Below are positions 51,553 to 61,319 of a stretch of DNA of 64,000 nt, in pieces (the first letter of the stretch is position 1; each line of letters opens with the position of its first letter). The notes beneath the pieces were generated by a model. It worked only from the letters and a program-made list of their open reading frames with translations. It was not told where the DNA came from and ran no database searches. The stretch is taken from NCBI GenBank assembly GCA_963662465.1, contig OY759599.1, forward strand, positions 3,360,001 to 3,424,000. The letters run 5' to 3'. The position numbers were made by a program, and so were the translations under genes. The DNA is from Desulfatiglandales bacterium. GTDB taxonomy: Bacteria; Desulfobacterota; DSM-4660; Desulfatiglandales; Desulfatiglandaceae.

Positions 51553-52886
51553 GATGGGTTCTCCCGCGCGGGCGTTGTGGAACTTTGACCGATTTCCACG
51601 TCAGCGGTGCGCAGCGGCATCCCTTCCACGGGTGCGGTCAGATCGGTCACAACGAGCCGTTCCCCCGGGGCGATGCCGCCGGTAATCAGGACCCGGTCCG
51701 TTCCACGGAAGGCGATCTCCACCGGGCGGATGGCGAGATCCCCTTGGGGGTCCATGACCCAGACGTTTTTGCCGTTATGGATGAATTCACGGTCGACGGC
51801 CGCGGCCGACGGCACGGTTTTCCCTTCGATTTCCACCCGGACATAGGCATTGATCAGCATGGAAGGCTTGCCGGCATTGCCGGGCTCAAGGCTCAGGGGG
51901 TCTTCCACCCGGACCAGCAGCCGCGCCATGCGTCCCTGCTCTTCCAGGTCCGCTTCCAGGCGGATCACCCGACCTTCCCTGTAGACGCCATGGCCCCATG
52001 CGGCAGGATCATGGATTCGGACCAGCGCCCCTTTTTCTTCCTCGGATCGGGGGATCCGGATCCAGCGCAGCCGGCTTACCGGCACCGACACTTCCACCCA
52101 GTAGGCATCGGTGCCGATCAGGGTGGCCAGAACGGTGGATTCGTTGGCCCGGGTCCCGATGGTTACCTCACGGGAGTGGACCATGGCATTAAAAGGCGCT
52201 TTGATCCGGGTGCGCGAAAGATCGACCCGGGCCTGTTCCAGCTTGGCCTGGGCCGCTTCAAGGGTGGCACGCAAGTTCATCAACTGGGGCCGGCGCAGGA
52301 TCAGGGCTTTCTCCGCATCGCTGACCGTCTCGCCCAACAGTTTGTACTCTTTTTGGGCCACCAACTGGTTGCCCTGTTCAAGCTGCAAGTCCGATTCGGC
52401 TTTTGCGACATCGGTGGTCAGATGCCGTACGGACAGGCGGTAGTCTGTGGGATCGATTTTGAGCAGTGTGGCGCCCTTACGGAAATGGCCCCCGGGAACC
52501 AGGTTGCGGTCCATCTCGATGATTTCGCCGTTGACCTGGGGTTTCAGGTCCACGCTGCGGGCCGCCACAACGGTTCCCATACCGGATAGAAGGGTCTTTT
52601 GGGGGCCGTATGCCACATTTTTCACCCCCACCAGGGTTGTGCTGCGCCCCCGGGGGCGCGGTTTCGCCTGGGGCCCGGTCTCCATAAGCCATCCGGCAAT
52701 GGCCGCGCCCGCAACCAGGACCGCCACGGGCAGCAGGATACGGAGAATCCTCCGTCGTCGGGGGATGCTTTTGATACCCGCGTTGAAGATTTCGCTGTTT
52801 GAAATTTCCATATTGGGGTTTTTATCAGGATCGGATATTGAGCTTTTTTGTTTGGGCGACATGCGTTTCACCTCTTGCTTTTCCAC
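51549..52886 (-). CDS. RND efflux periplasmic adaptor (MFP)
   Basis: N-terminal membrane anchor, PQVNGEI, LLKIDP.DY, IKAPF, GERLVV. Confidence 0.92.
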   Translation of the reverse strand: MEKQEVKRMSPKQKSSISDPDKNPNMEISNSEIFNAGIKSIPRRRRILRILLPVAVLVAGAAIAGWLMETGPQAKPRPRGRSTTLVGVKNVAYGPQKTLLSGMGTVVAARSVDLKPQVNGEIIEMDRNLVPGGHFRKGATLLKIDPTDYRLSVRHLTTDVAKAESDLQLEQGNQLVAQKEYKLLGETVSDAEKALILRRPQLMNLRATLEAAQAKLEQARVDLSRTRIKAPFNAMVHSREVTIGTRANESTVLATLIGTDAYWVEVSVPVSRLRWIRIPRSEEEKGALVRIHDPAAWGHGVYREGRVIRLEADLEEQGRMARLLVRVEDPLSLEPGNAGKPSMLINAYVRVEIEGKTVPSAAAVDREFIHNGKNVWVMDPQGDLAIRPVEIAFRGTDRVLITGGIAPGERLVVTDLTAPVEGMPLRTADVEIGQSSTTPARENPS

Positions 52887-53017
52887 TGTCGGATCGTATG
52901 AAGGGATCCTACCGTCAGGGGTGTGAACAGGCCGTCAAAAGAAAGTGAAAAAAACGTGAAATCCTCAAAATTCTCATGGAATTCAGCAATAAATGCTTCG
53001 CCGGTTCAGTTCCTCCT

Positions 53018-53042
53018 GGTTCCCACGCTCTGCGTGGGAACC
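53018..53042. repeat. REP-like palindrome
   Basis: GGTTCCCACGC-TCT-GCGTGGGAACC perfect 11-bp stem. Confidence 0.65.
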
Positions 53043-53168
53043 TCAGAGTTGTCCATAATGAGAATTGCTGGTTTCACAATTCCGGCCTTGACCCACAAGC
53101 TGATTTTCTCTATGCTCATCGCTGAAAATAGTAATGTCTTATCACCTCACCAGAATGGAGGGGTCGCC

Positions 53169-53402
53169 ATGATGCAACGTATAACAGCAAACCCAATGAT
53201 ATTAGGCGGAAAACCGATCATAAAGGGAATACGTATGTCGGTCGAGTTTATCCTCGACCTGCTGGCTTCCGGCGTTTCCGAGGGAGAAATTCTTGAAGAT
53301 TATCCGCATTTGACAAAAAACGACATACAGGCGTGTCTAAGATATGCCGCGCGTTCCTGTAAAAACGAGATTTATGTAGCGCTGGAGACAGTTACCGCAT
53401 GA
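53169..53402 (+). CDS. DUF433 antitoxin-like protein
   Basis: RITANP.ILGGKPIIKG.R..V, EILEDYPHL..DI.ACL.YA. Confidence 0.9.
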   Translation: MMQRITANPMILGGKPIIKGIRMSVEFILDLLASGVSEGEILEDYPHLTKNDIQACLRYAARSCKNEIYVALETVTA

Positions 53403-53609
53403 AATTAGGTTTCATCAAGATTCTTGCGGATGAAAATATTTCACCGAAAGTACAGAATTCTATACTTACGGTTGAGGGACTTGAAACCAACCAGTGTCGT
53501 TCGTGTTTGCCGGCAGGTATTTCGTCAGGATCTGGATATTTTTCCCGGCACAATCCTTGTCATCGAAGAAAGCAGGATACGGATTCGGCATCCCTTTCTA
53601 AACGACTGA
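53399..53609 (+). pseudogene. DUF5615 PIN-like toxin, internally deleted and frameshifted
   Basis: ILADENISPKV N-terminus joined out of frame to the ILYLRL...ILVIEESRIRIR C-terminus. Confidence 0.75.
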
Positions 53610-53802
53610 TCATGGAGACTACTCAGAAGTTTATTCTGATAAAATGAGAAATGAAAGCAATCCCTATTCAGGATCTTTCACCATCAATTTTTTGGCTTGA
53701 TGGTATATGCATAATGTGTCCTCTTTTGACACATTTGATGGTATCATCGCAACAAGTATTTGATATGCTGGATCAAAAATGGAAATTCCTATGCTTTCAA
53801 GT

Positions 53803-54135
53803 TTAGGATACAGCTGTTTCGTTTTTTCCAATAGACGAAAAGTTTGTAATTCTTACGGCGCCATCTGGGAAACGCGCTACAATATCAAGCTCCCCCCCCA
53901 TAGCCTCAATAGTCGAACGTAAAGTGGAAATATAGATATCGGTGCGCTTTTCCAGTTTGGCTACATTCGGTTGCTTGATTTGTAAAGCTTTCGCCAGCAC
54001 TTCTTGAGATAACCCTCTGGCACGGCGCAATTCGTGCAGAGGCATCTCAGCAAGCATCTCCCGATAACGGGCGTCGGAACGGACGATGGCTTCCTCCGAC
54101 ATTTTGGCTTCCAGTTCAGCAAATTTACGTGCCAT
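53803..54135 (-). CDS. HigA-like XRE-family antitoxin
   Basis: LHELRRARGLSQ..A..L.IKQ..VAKLEKRTD.YISTL..AMGGEL. Confidence 0.9.
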   Translation of the reverse strand: MARKFAELEAKMSEEAIVRSDARYREMLAEMPLHELRRARGLSQEVLAKALQIKQPNVAKLEKRTDIYISTLRSTIEAMGGELDIVARFPDGAVRITNFSSIGKNETAVS

Positions 54136-54151
54136 TTTTCGAGTTCTCCTT

Positions 54152-54493
54152 TCACAAGGCTTCTAAATGTTCGTCATAAAGTCGATCCGCAATCGGCACA
54201 TGTTTTTCATACCATCGATCCTTGCCCGTCTTATCGCTACCAATCAAAAGAATTGCGCAGCGACGGGGATCAAAAGCATAGAGTATACGATATGGACGGC
54301 CACTGTGTTGAATTCGCAGTTCACGCATATTGCCATGGCGAGAGGTCGTCATGTCGCTGGAGTGCGGAAAACGCAGTTGAGGACCAAAGTTGGCCAGCAG
54401 TTTTACAGTGGCTCGAACTGATTCCTGCTCCCCTTCGGTAAGCCCATCCCACCATTGGCCGAACTCATCTATATACTCAATTTCCCATTTCAT
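54152..54493 (-). CDS. RelE/HigB-family toxin
   Basis: GPQLRFPHS, SRHGNMRELR, RILYAFDPRR.AILL; toxin-first order with the XRE gene. Confidence 0.9.
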   Translation of the reverse strand: MKWEIEYIDEFGQWWDGLTEGEQESVRATVKLLANFGPQLRFPHSSDMTTSRHGNMRELRIQHSGRPYRILYAFDPRRCAILLIGSDKTGKDRWYEKHVPIADRLYDEHLEAL

Positions 54494-54905
54494 AGCACAA
54501 TTATACCTTACAGGGAATATATCTTCAAGGGTATATTACGGTTTTTATAGAACTCTGCGGGCCTTGAGCATAATTCCGGGGATAAAATACAAAATTATTG
54601 GCCAGTTATGTTGCGGAATGGGTTATGTTGTGTTCCTTTCAAAATATCTTACACTCTTTCCAACAGATTTCTATGGGCGCTGGGTCGGATGGGAATTGGA
54701 TGAGAAAAATTCGGATGTGAATTCCGATTACCGGGCGTTTTATTTTTGCATTGAAAAACACATTTGTGTGTACACAATTAACGTCAGGGTGGGTCTGGGA
54801 TGACTACAACATATTGTATTTTCCGGAACTCTCCCAGAAGTCGTCCACATCCAGATTGGTGGCTCTAATCTTTACGTTTGGCTGCGTGACATATGTTGGA
54901 GATAT

Positions 54906-55038
54906 CTGCAACGTCGGGGGTAAGCTGCCGCCAACATTGCGAGGCAAGTACCTCACGGGCGCCCCTTGACTGTGTATGGAGCAGTAGCCGTCAAGAACCG
55001 CGTTTCTGTTGGCAGTCAGCTTGACCCCATGGTTGGGC
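54906..55038 (-). other. Integron attC site, copy A (with a short brnA 3' tail to 55064)
   Basis: 133 bp, GCCCAAC...GTTGCAG; three mismatches to 62645-62777. Confidence 0.75.
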
Positions 55039-55189
55039 GTATCGTTTTCCGTGCGATGTCAATAGTTGGAGTTATGTTGCAGGTTTCAAGACAGCCTTCA
55101 GTGGCGTGACATTTTGCGTCCGCTGGAAAGCATAATTATACCTCAATTAAGGTTCCACCAGCATTTTTTTTCCTGCGAGCAAGATCTAT

Positions 55190-55390
55190 CGGTGAATTTG
55201 AAGCCAAGCTCTTGGCTATGGCTTGTTCGGAGGCGCCAGAAGGTCGAGAACAATGGACAATGCGGCTATTGGCTGAGAAAATGGTTGAATTGGAAATCGT
55301 ACCGAGTGTTTCTCAGATGACTGTGTGTAACACTTTAAAAAAAATGAAATTAAGCCTCACTTAAGCAAATACTGGAAAATACCGCCTTCT
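55190..55390 (+). pseudogene. IS630-family transposase fragment
   Basis: EAKLLAMACSEAPEGREQWTMRLLAEKMVEL...TLKK, then a poly-A frameshift site into NEIKPHLSKYWKIPP. Confidence 0.8.
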
Positions 55391-55539
55391 GTTCCCAAAA
55401 ATTATATTTTTGGAGATTCATACATGATGTGAACTATTTAGGCAGAGCAACCAAGAATTAAATTGCAGAGGTTGAAGAAACTTTCTTGACATCATAATTG
55501 GGCAAGCGTATATTTCCGTAACAGCATATATGAGTTCAA

Positions 55540-55705
55540 ATGAAAAAATTTATAGAAGTGATGAAAGCCCTTTCCGACCCCAACCGGGTTAGAATCATTA
55601 AGCTGCTACAGCACCGCTCCATATGTGTGTGAACTTCAGGCTGGATTGGGTATTTCTCAGCCCGCCGTATCCAAACATCTGAAAATACTTGAGGGGGCAG
55701 GTAGA
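55540..55705 (+). pseudogene. arsR: ArsR/SmtB repressor, frameshifted and truncated
   Basis: MKALSDPNRVRIIKLL..ICV, then (after restoring 2 nt) CELQAGLGISQPAVSKHLKILEGAG. Confidence 0.82.
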
Positions 55706-55789
55706 GAAGATCTCTGCAAAAAGTAATTTATTTTGCGCTTGATATATCGCCATATAGCGATCCATAAATTCATAATACGGCCATCGGCC

Positions 55790-55927
55790 GTAAAGAAGGT
55801 TAAAGACATCATGGAAATTGCCAAGCACGGGGTTTTCATGACCCCTGCCGTGGTAGTGGACGGAGAGGTGAAGAGTGTGGGCAAGGCGCCTTCAAAAGAG
55901 GATATCAAAGGATGGATAACCCAATAA
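55790..55927 (+). pseudogene. C-terminal fragment of a small thioredoxin-like redox protein
   Basis: KVKDIMEIAKHGVFMTPAVVVDGEVKSVGKAPS; the CxxC-bearing N-terminus is absent. Confidence 0.75.
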
Positions 55928-55952
55928 TCAATCCATAACCCGTGCAACAGGA

Positions 55953-56834
55953 GTGAATGACATGGCACATCAGAAAAACGGGATACACGACCTGGTCAAG
56001 GAAAAATATTCCGCCATCGCCCAGGGCAAACGCGGCCTGGGAGCGTCTTCTTGCTGCGGCGGCCCCACGCCCCTTGTGGACATCCAGACCCTTTCGAAAA
56101 CACTTGACTACGGGGATGAAGATCTTCTTCTGGCCCCCGGAAAGGCAAACCTGGGACTGGGGTGCGGAAACCCCATCGGCGTAGCCGATTTGAAACCGGG
56201 AGAAGCGGTGCTGGATCTTGGGAGCGGCGCCGGGTTTGATGCTTTTCTGGCGGCTCGGCGTGTGGGCGAATCCGGGATGGTCATCGGTACGGACATGACC
56301 TCCGAAATGATTGATAAGGCCAAGGCGAATGCGGAAGAACTGAACATCAACAACGTTGAATTCCGCTTTGGTAAAATCGAGGCGCTTCCCGTGGAGGACT
56401 CTTTTGTGGATGTGGTCATCTCCAATTGCGTGATCAACCTCTCCCCGGATAAAGAAGCCGTTTTCGGTGAAATCCACCGGGTCCTGAAACCGGGAGGCCG
56501 CATCGTTATTTCCGATGTGCTTCGATCAGGGGAAATGCCTGAAGAACTCAAGAACAACCCCCTCGCCTATACCGACTGAGTGGCCGGGGCCATTTCACCC
56601 GGTGAGGTGAAAGGGATTCTCTCCGATCTGGGATTTCAGCAAATCGACATCAGATCGAAAGAACAAAGTGACAACATCATTAAGAACTGGAATGTGGCCG
56701 AAGGCGCCGAAAAGGTGGTGTTTTCCGCCTACATTCTGGCGGTGAAACCAAACATAGGTTTTCAGGCATCAGGGCTTCTATGCAGAAACAAAGGCGCTGA
56801 AACAGTTTTTTTCAATCTAAAACCCAATTTTTAA
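55953..56834 (+). CDS. arsM: Arsenite S-adenosylmethyltransferase, probable selenoprotein (UGA at 56577-56579)
   Basis: SSCCG, LGLGCGNP, VLDLGSGAGFD, ISNCVINL; in-frame TGA at the conserved Cys of the C-VAGA motif, with the frame open for 84 more codons. Confidence 0.85.
56580..56615 (+). promoter_or_regulatory. Bacterial SECIS-like hairpin
   Basis: TTTCACC-CGGTGA-GGTGAAA; the G-containing loop begins 21 nt after the UGA. Confidence 0.7.
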
Positions 56835-56847
56835 GGAGGTCGATACG

Positions 56848-57186
56848 ATGTCTGACGCACGCCTTTTAGCGGAATGGTTTCCGGAGTTCGCTGAACATCT
56901 GGACAAAATGGATGAAACCTACAAGGAAATGCGAACCATCGATGAAAAGACCTATCAGTTCATCTGCTTCGCCCTGGCCATTAAGGCCCGCTCAAAGCCT
57001 TGTCTGCTGAAGCATTTCATGGGCGCCCTGGAAGCGGGGGCCACGGTAAAGGAACTTTCATACATCATGGCGTTGACCTTCAGGGAGGCGGCGGGCGGGG
57101 ACGACTGCTGGACCCATGATGCCCTTGGGGATTATAAGGCCCTCATTGCCGAAGGCCTGAAGAGTTCGGAGTGTTGCAAGCGGTAA
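56848..57186 (+). CDS. Carboxymuconolactone decarboxylase/AhpD-like protein
   Basis: IDEKTYQFICFALAI...CLLKH..GALEAGAT.KEL; C-terminal CC pair. Confidence 0.8.
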   Translation: MSDARLLAEWFPEFAEHLDKMDETYKEMRTIDEKTYQFICFALAIKARSKPCLLKHFMGALEAGATVKELSYIMALTFREAAGGDDCWTHDALGDYKALIAEGLKSSECCKR

Positions 57187-57348
57187 TGTCTTTTGGCCCC
57201 TGAGCATATGGTGTTTTCAACGCTCGTGGCCCAGGGGGCGAAGGGAGCGGTTTCTCTCTTGATGACTAAATGAATGTTTTTACACAATGAAGACCCTGAC
57301 ACCTTTTTTTTGTCCATCATATGTCACCGGACCAGGAGATACTGACCC

Positions 57349-57879
57349 ATGAAAAAAGGCGGAAATGCAGGAAAGACATGGCGAGCCATCCGGCAGTCGG
57401 GGCTGATTCTTACTTTGGCTGCAATAACGGGCCTTCTGATAAACCAAGCCCGGTCCAACACCCTTCCGCCGGCAGCCAGTTGGGCGCCGGAGTCCCGTTT
57501 AACCACTGATACGGGGAATAGCATGGTCGTTTCTCTCGATGAGGCGGGAAGTCTCTGCCTTGAGAAGCAGGCCATATTCCTTGATGCACGATCTCCCCGG
57601 GATTATGCCATGGGACATATTCGTGGTGCTCAAAATATTCCATGGCAATCTTTTGACCAATATATCGACCGCATCTTCGACACGATACCGGAAGATACCC
57701 GGATCATAACGTACTGTGACGGAGAGCACTGTTCCCTGAGCGAAGACCTTGCCAAAGAGCTGGTTTCCATGGGCTACAAAAAGGTGCAGGTTCTTCTAAA
57801 TGGCTGGACGAGGTGGCAGGAGGCAGGACTTCCCGTAGAAAAAGGAGAGATGGGTCCTTCGGATGGCCGGAAAGGATGA
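57349..57879 (+). CDS. Membrane-anchored rhodanese-domain protein
   Basis: FLDARS..Y..GHI.GA.NIP, ITYCDGEHC, LNGW..W.EAGLPVE. Confidence 0.88.
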   Translation: MKKGGNAGKTWRAIRQSGLILTLAAITGLLINQARSNTLPPAASWAPESRLTTDTGNSMVVSLDEAGSLCLEKQAIFLDARSPRDYAMGHIRGAQNIPWQSFDQYIDRIFDTIPEDTRIITYCDGEHCSLSEDLAKELVSMGYKKVQVLLNGWTRWQEAGLPVEKGEMGPSDGRKG

Positions 57880-58034
57880 CAATGGAAACGCACCCTAAAA
57901 TCGGGCATGGGCCTGAGAACAGTGAGGCGAGGGATGAACGGCGCACTGCATCATCCATTAATTTTTAACGCAAGGTTTCCGACGATAGGCGTCGGGTTGA
58001 ACAAACTGAGGTTTATTAATTTTTATCAGGAGGC

Positions 58035-58649
58035 ATGATCATGAAAGATTTTCAAGAAATTTTCGAAACCGGTTTGAAATTTCACGGCCACAAATGCCCG
58101 GCCATGCCCATGGGGCTTAAAGCCGGTCTGGCAGCCATGGAAAAACTGGGAGTGGAACGATCCCGGGATAAAGAGCTTTATGTCAAATCAGAGACCGGAA
58201 AGGGGCATGCGGCCGGATGTTTCCTGGATGGCATAATGACCGCCACCGGCTGCACCTACGGCAAATCCAATATCGAAAAGCTTTACTATAATAAGATGGC
58301 TTTTACTCTGATCGATGTCAAAGCCGGTAAGGCGGTGCGAGTGTCGCTCAAACCGGATTTTTTTGAAATGGCGCTCAACTCCCCTTTCGTGCAGAAACGC
58401 AAGGCCGGCGTACCGCCCCAGGACATTGAACCGGAGATCACCGATCCGCTGGTGGAACGGATTAAAGGTTTGCCTGAAGCCAAGTTTCTGGATATCGGCG
58501 AAGTCCACACCGTGGATTTCAAGCCGGGCAAGGGCGTTTTCGAAGCCAAACGCTGTGAAAGCTGTGGGGAAATCACATTCGTCAACAAGCTGCGAGTGGG
58601 GACCGATGGAAAGGTTGTCTGCATCCCCTGTTCCGAATATGGCGAGTAG
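58035..58649 (+). CDS. FmdE/FwdE-family protein with a C-terminal Zn finger
   Basis: FHGHKCP, CFLDG...TGCTYGK.N, CESCGE...CIPC. Confidence 0.85.
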   Translation: MIMKDFQEIFETGLKFHGHKCPAMPMGLKAGLAAMEKLGVERSRDKELYVKSETGKGHAAGCFLDGIMTATGCTYGKSNIEKLYYNKMAFTLIDVKAGKAVRVSLKPDFFEMALNSPFVQKRKAGVPPQDIEPEITDPLVERIKGLPEAKFLDIGEVHTVDFKPGKGVFEAKRCESCGEITFVNKLRVGTDGKVVCIPCSEYGE

Positions 58650-58730
58650 CCGAACCGGAAAGTAAAACCGGGGTGATCCTCCCCCGCCTGGTCGCGGGTG
58701 GTTCACCCCTGTTATCGGGAGGACATACAA

Positions 58731-59483
58731 ATGATTATTGCTCTGGTTACAGGCGCCATTCTGATCCTTGCTTTTATATTCTCAATGCTGGGTCTGGGAG
58801 GTGCAATGCTCTATATTCCCGTATTTCACTGGTTCGGCTATGATTTTAAATCCGTAGCCATTCCAACCGGGCTGCTGCTCAACGGGATTACGGCGCTGTC
58901 CGCCGCGGTGTTCTATCTCCGGTCGAAGATGGTGGACATTAAAGGGTCCATTCCGCTTATTGTCTCCTCTTTTATCGGGGCGCCGGTGGGCGCGTATTTC
59001 ACAAAATTGGTACCGACCCGGACACTCATCCTCCTCTTCGCCATTGCCATGGTCTTTGCGGGAGGCCGTATGCTAATGACTTCGGGGCGGGCTGATAAAG
59101 AAAAGATGATGGAAACGAGGCGCCGGATGACCCTGATGAGTATCGGGGGTTTTTTTATCGGCTTCATTGCCGGGCTTCTGGGAGTGGGCGGTGGGTTCCT
59201 GTTTGTCCCGATGATGATTGCCATGGGATATGCCACCAAACAGGCAGCCGCAACAAGCGCCTTTGTGGTGATCTTTTCATCTTTTTCAGGATTTGCCGGT
59301 CATATCGCGGAGGGGCATTTTAACTGGCCGCTGATGATCGCCACATCCGTTGCCGTCATCATCGCTTCTCAGATCGGCGCCAAGGTGATGAAAGAGAAAA
59401 TGAAAGCCCGCTGGATCAAACAGATGTTCGCCGTGGTGTTGCTGGCAGTTGCTGCCAAGCTTTTGTGGAAGCTTTTCTTATGA
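58731..59483 (+). CDS. TauE/SafE sulfite exporter-family permease
   Basis: SMLGLGGA..YIP and GLLGVGGG..VP internal repeats; multiple transmembrane segments. Confidence 0.88.
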   Translation: MIIALVTGAILILAFIFSMLGLGGAMLYIPVFHWFGYDFKSVAIPTGLLLNGITALSAAVFYLRSKMVDIKGSIPLIVSSFIGAPVGAYFTKLVPTRTLILLFAIAMVFAGGRMLMTSGRADKEKMMETRRRMTLMSIGGFFIGFIAGLLGVGGGFLFVPMMIAMGYATKQAAATSAFVVIFSSFSGFAGHIAEGHFNWPLMIATSVAVIIASQIGAKVMKEKMKARWIKQMFAVVLLAVAAKLLWKLFL

Positions 59484-59579
59484 CGGCGGCTGGTGATTTC
59501 GTAAAATTCAATGTTGAGGACAACAACGCGCAACGTCTTTTTTTGCAGTGTACTTACCGGTTCCAATTTTAGCGGAGAA

Positions 59580-60581
59580 ATGGAAATGCATCATAAAATC
59601 GAGCATGGGCCTGAGAGCAGCGAAACGGTGGCGCATGTTCACGGTTCAACCGGCGCCTGCTCACACCATCACGTGGATATGGAAGACACCAGTGGGTCCC
59701 GACTCTTATGGACATTGGCACTCAACCTCATGATCCCCGTAGCCCAGCTCATCGGAGGGGTTTACGCCAACAGCATGGCCCTCATCTCCGATGCCACTCA
59801 TAACTTCAGCGACTTCGTGGCCATTTTGATTGCCTACATTGCCCATCGCATCGGCAAGAAAGGGCCTTCTTTTCAAAACACCTTCGGTTACAAGCGGGCG
59901 GAGATCCTGGCCGCTACCATAAACGTAGCCATTCTCATAGGCGCCTCGGCTTTCATCGTCTACGGGGCAGTGGATCGGTTTTATCACCCGCAGGCCGTTT
60001 TCGGCAATGTGGTCATTCTCTTGGCCGGTGTCGGGATACTGGGCAATGGTCTGTCCGCGTGGCTGCTCCATCGGGATTCAAAGCACAGCCTCAATGTCCG
60101 GGGCGCTTTCCTTCACATGTTGGGGGACCTTCTAACGTCCGTCATGGTGTTGGTCAGCGGGGTGATCCTCATTTTCAGGCCCTGGTACTGGCTGGACCCC
60201 TTGCTTTCCATTCTCATCGTCATTTTCATTCTGAAAAACTGCTGGTCCATCCTCAAGGCAAGTGCCGGGATACTCATGAATGCCACCCCGGAAGGGTTGA
60301 ACCTTGAGGAAATCAAGAATTACCTGGAACAAATCCCCGGTGTTTGCGGCGCCCATTATCTCCACGCCTGGAATATATCCGCTTCCAGTGTCGGTTTTTC
60401 CTGTCATGTGGAAGTGTTGGACCAGAAGGTCAGTAAGACCGAGAAGCTTGGGGAGACGATACGTCACGAGCTTTTCCATCGTTTCGGGATTGATCATCCG
60501 ATACTCCAGTTCGAAACCGGGCCATGTGGGAATGGAGGAGTTCTTTGCGAAATCTCTTGCGGAGAGGCTATAAATGGCTGA
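59580..60581 (+). CDS. Cation diffusion facilitator (CzcD/ZitB-like)
   Basis: His-rich N-terminus, SMALISDATHNFSD, TFGYKRAEIL, NVRGAFLHMLGD, HYLHAW. Confidence 0.92.
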   Translation: MEMHHKIEHGPESSETVAHVHGSTGACSHHHVDMEDTSGSRLLWTLALNLMIPVAQLIGGVYANSMALISDATHNFSDFVAILIAYIAHRIGKKGPSFQNTFGYKRAEILAATINVAILIGASAFIVYGAVDRFYHPQAVFGNVVILLAGVGILGNGLSAWLLHRDSKHSLNVRGAFLHMLGDLLTSVMVLVSGVILIFRPWYWLDPLLSILIVIFILKNCWSILKASAGILMNATPEGLNLEEIKNYLEQIPGVCGAHYLHAWNISASSVGFSCHVEVLDQKVSKTEKLGETIRHELFHRFGIDHPILQFETGPCGNGGVLCEISCGEAING

Positions 60582-61065
60582 AGGTCAAACAGGTTTTCTC
60601 AGGGGAGAGTGGAAACGGGAAGGACTTTTAGCCCTGTGCGCCCGTTTGATTCTCGGGGGTGTCTTTGTTTATGCGAGTATTGACAAAATAAAGCATCCCG
60701 AAGCCTTTGCCAAAGCCGTCTATAATTACCAGATCCTTCCGGACACCCTGATTAATCTTACGGCGGTTATGTTACCGTGGCTGGAGCTGATTCTGGGCCT
60801 CTTTCTGATTATCGGTCTCTTTCGGGAAGGGAGTGCATGTATAGCGACGGTTCTGATGCTTGTCTTTTTGGGGGCCATGATCTTCAATCTGGCGCGAGGT
60901 CTTGACATCCATTGCGGTTGTTTCAGCACGAGCACGGATGGCGCTAGCGACATTCCTATGACCTGGTATGTGATGAGGGACAGCCTTTTCCTGATCCCGG
61001 CATTCTATCTATTCTATCACACTTTCAGAGCAAAGGGCCGTATGGTAAGGGTCAAAGAATCATGA
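60574..61065 (+). CDS. MauE/DoxX-family membrane protein
   Basis: RLILGGVFVYAS..KI, LPWLE, RGLDIHCGCF, RD. Confidence 0.88.
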   Translation: MAEGQTGFLRGEWKREGLLALCARLILGGVFVYASIDKIKHPEAFAKAVYNYQILPDTLINLTAVMLPWLELILGLFLIIGLFREGSACIATVLMLVFLGAMIFNLARGLDIHCGCFSTSTDGASDIPMTWYVMRDSLFLIPAFYLFYHTFRAKGRMVRVKES

Positions 61066-61164
61066 AAAGCGATCTGGAGGACAACTAATGGTTCTGACCA
61101 TTTCCGATAAGGATGAAGGGTTGATCGATGGCCGGGATTTTGAGGGACAACAAGGGAACCGCTT

Positions 61165-61319
61165 GGCTCATCGTGGATTCGCGTGAGATTTGGCTTCTGA
61201 GCCGACTGTAGGTGCGACTTCAGTCGCACATTAAGCCGACCCTGTGCGACTGAAGTCGCACCTACAGCCCAAACCGAAACAATCTCAAAGCGCGATTTCA
61301 CGTTAATCCGCGATGAACC
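61165..61319 (-). mobile_element. 155-bp MITE with REP doublet, copy 4
   Basis: Near-identical to the other copies; flanks AACCGCTT / AAATTTTC do not match; abuts a truncated gene. Confidence 0.9.

Noticed and set aside
55630..55632. TGA after C-V in arsR as selenocysteine
   Set aside because: The ArsR HTH continues in a different frame; a 2-nt deletion explains it.
44536..61319. Composite transposon bounded by MITE copies 3 and 4
   Set aside because: The outer flanks (ACACAATT, AAATTTTC) are not a duplication, so there is no evidence the 16.8-kb block moved as a unit.
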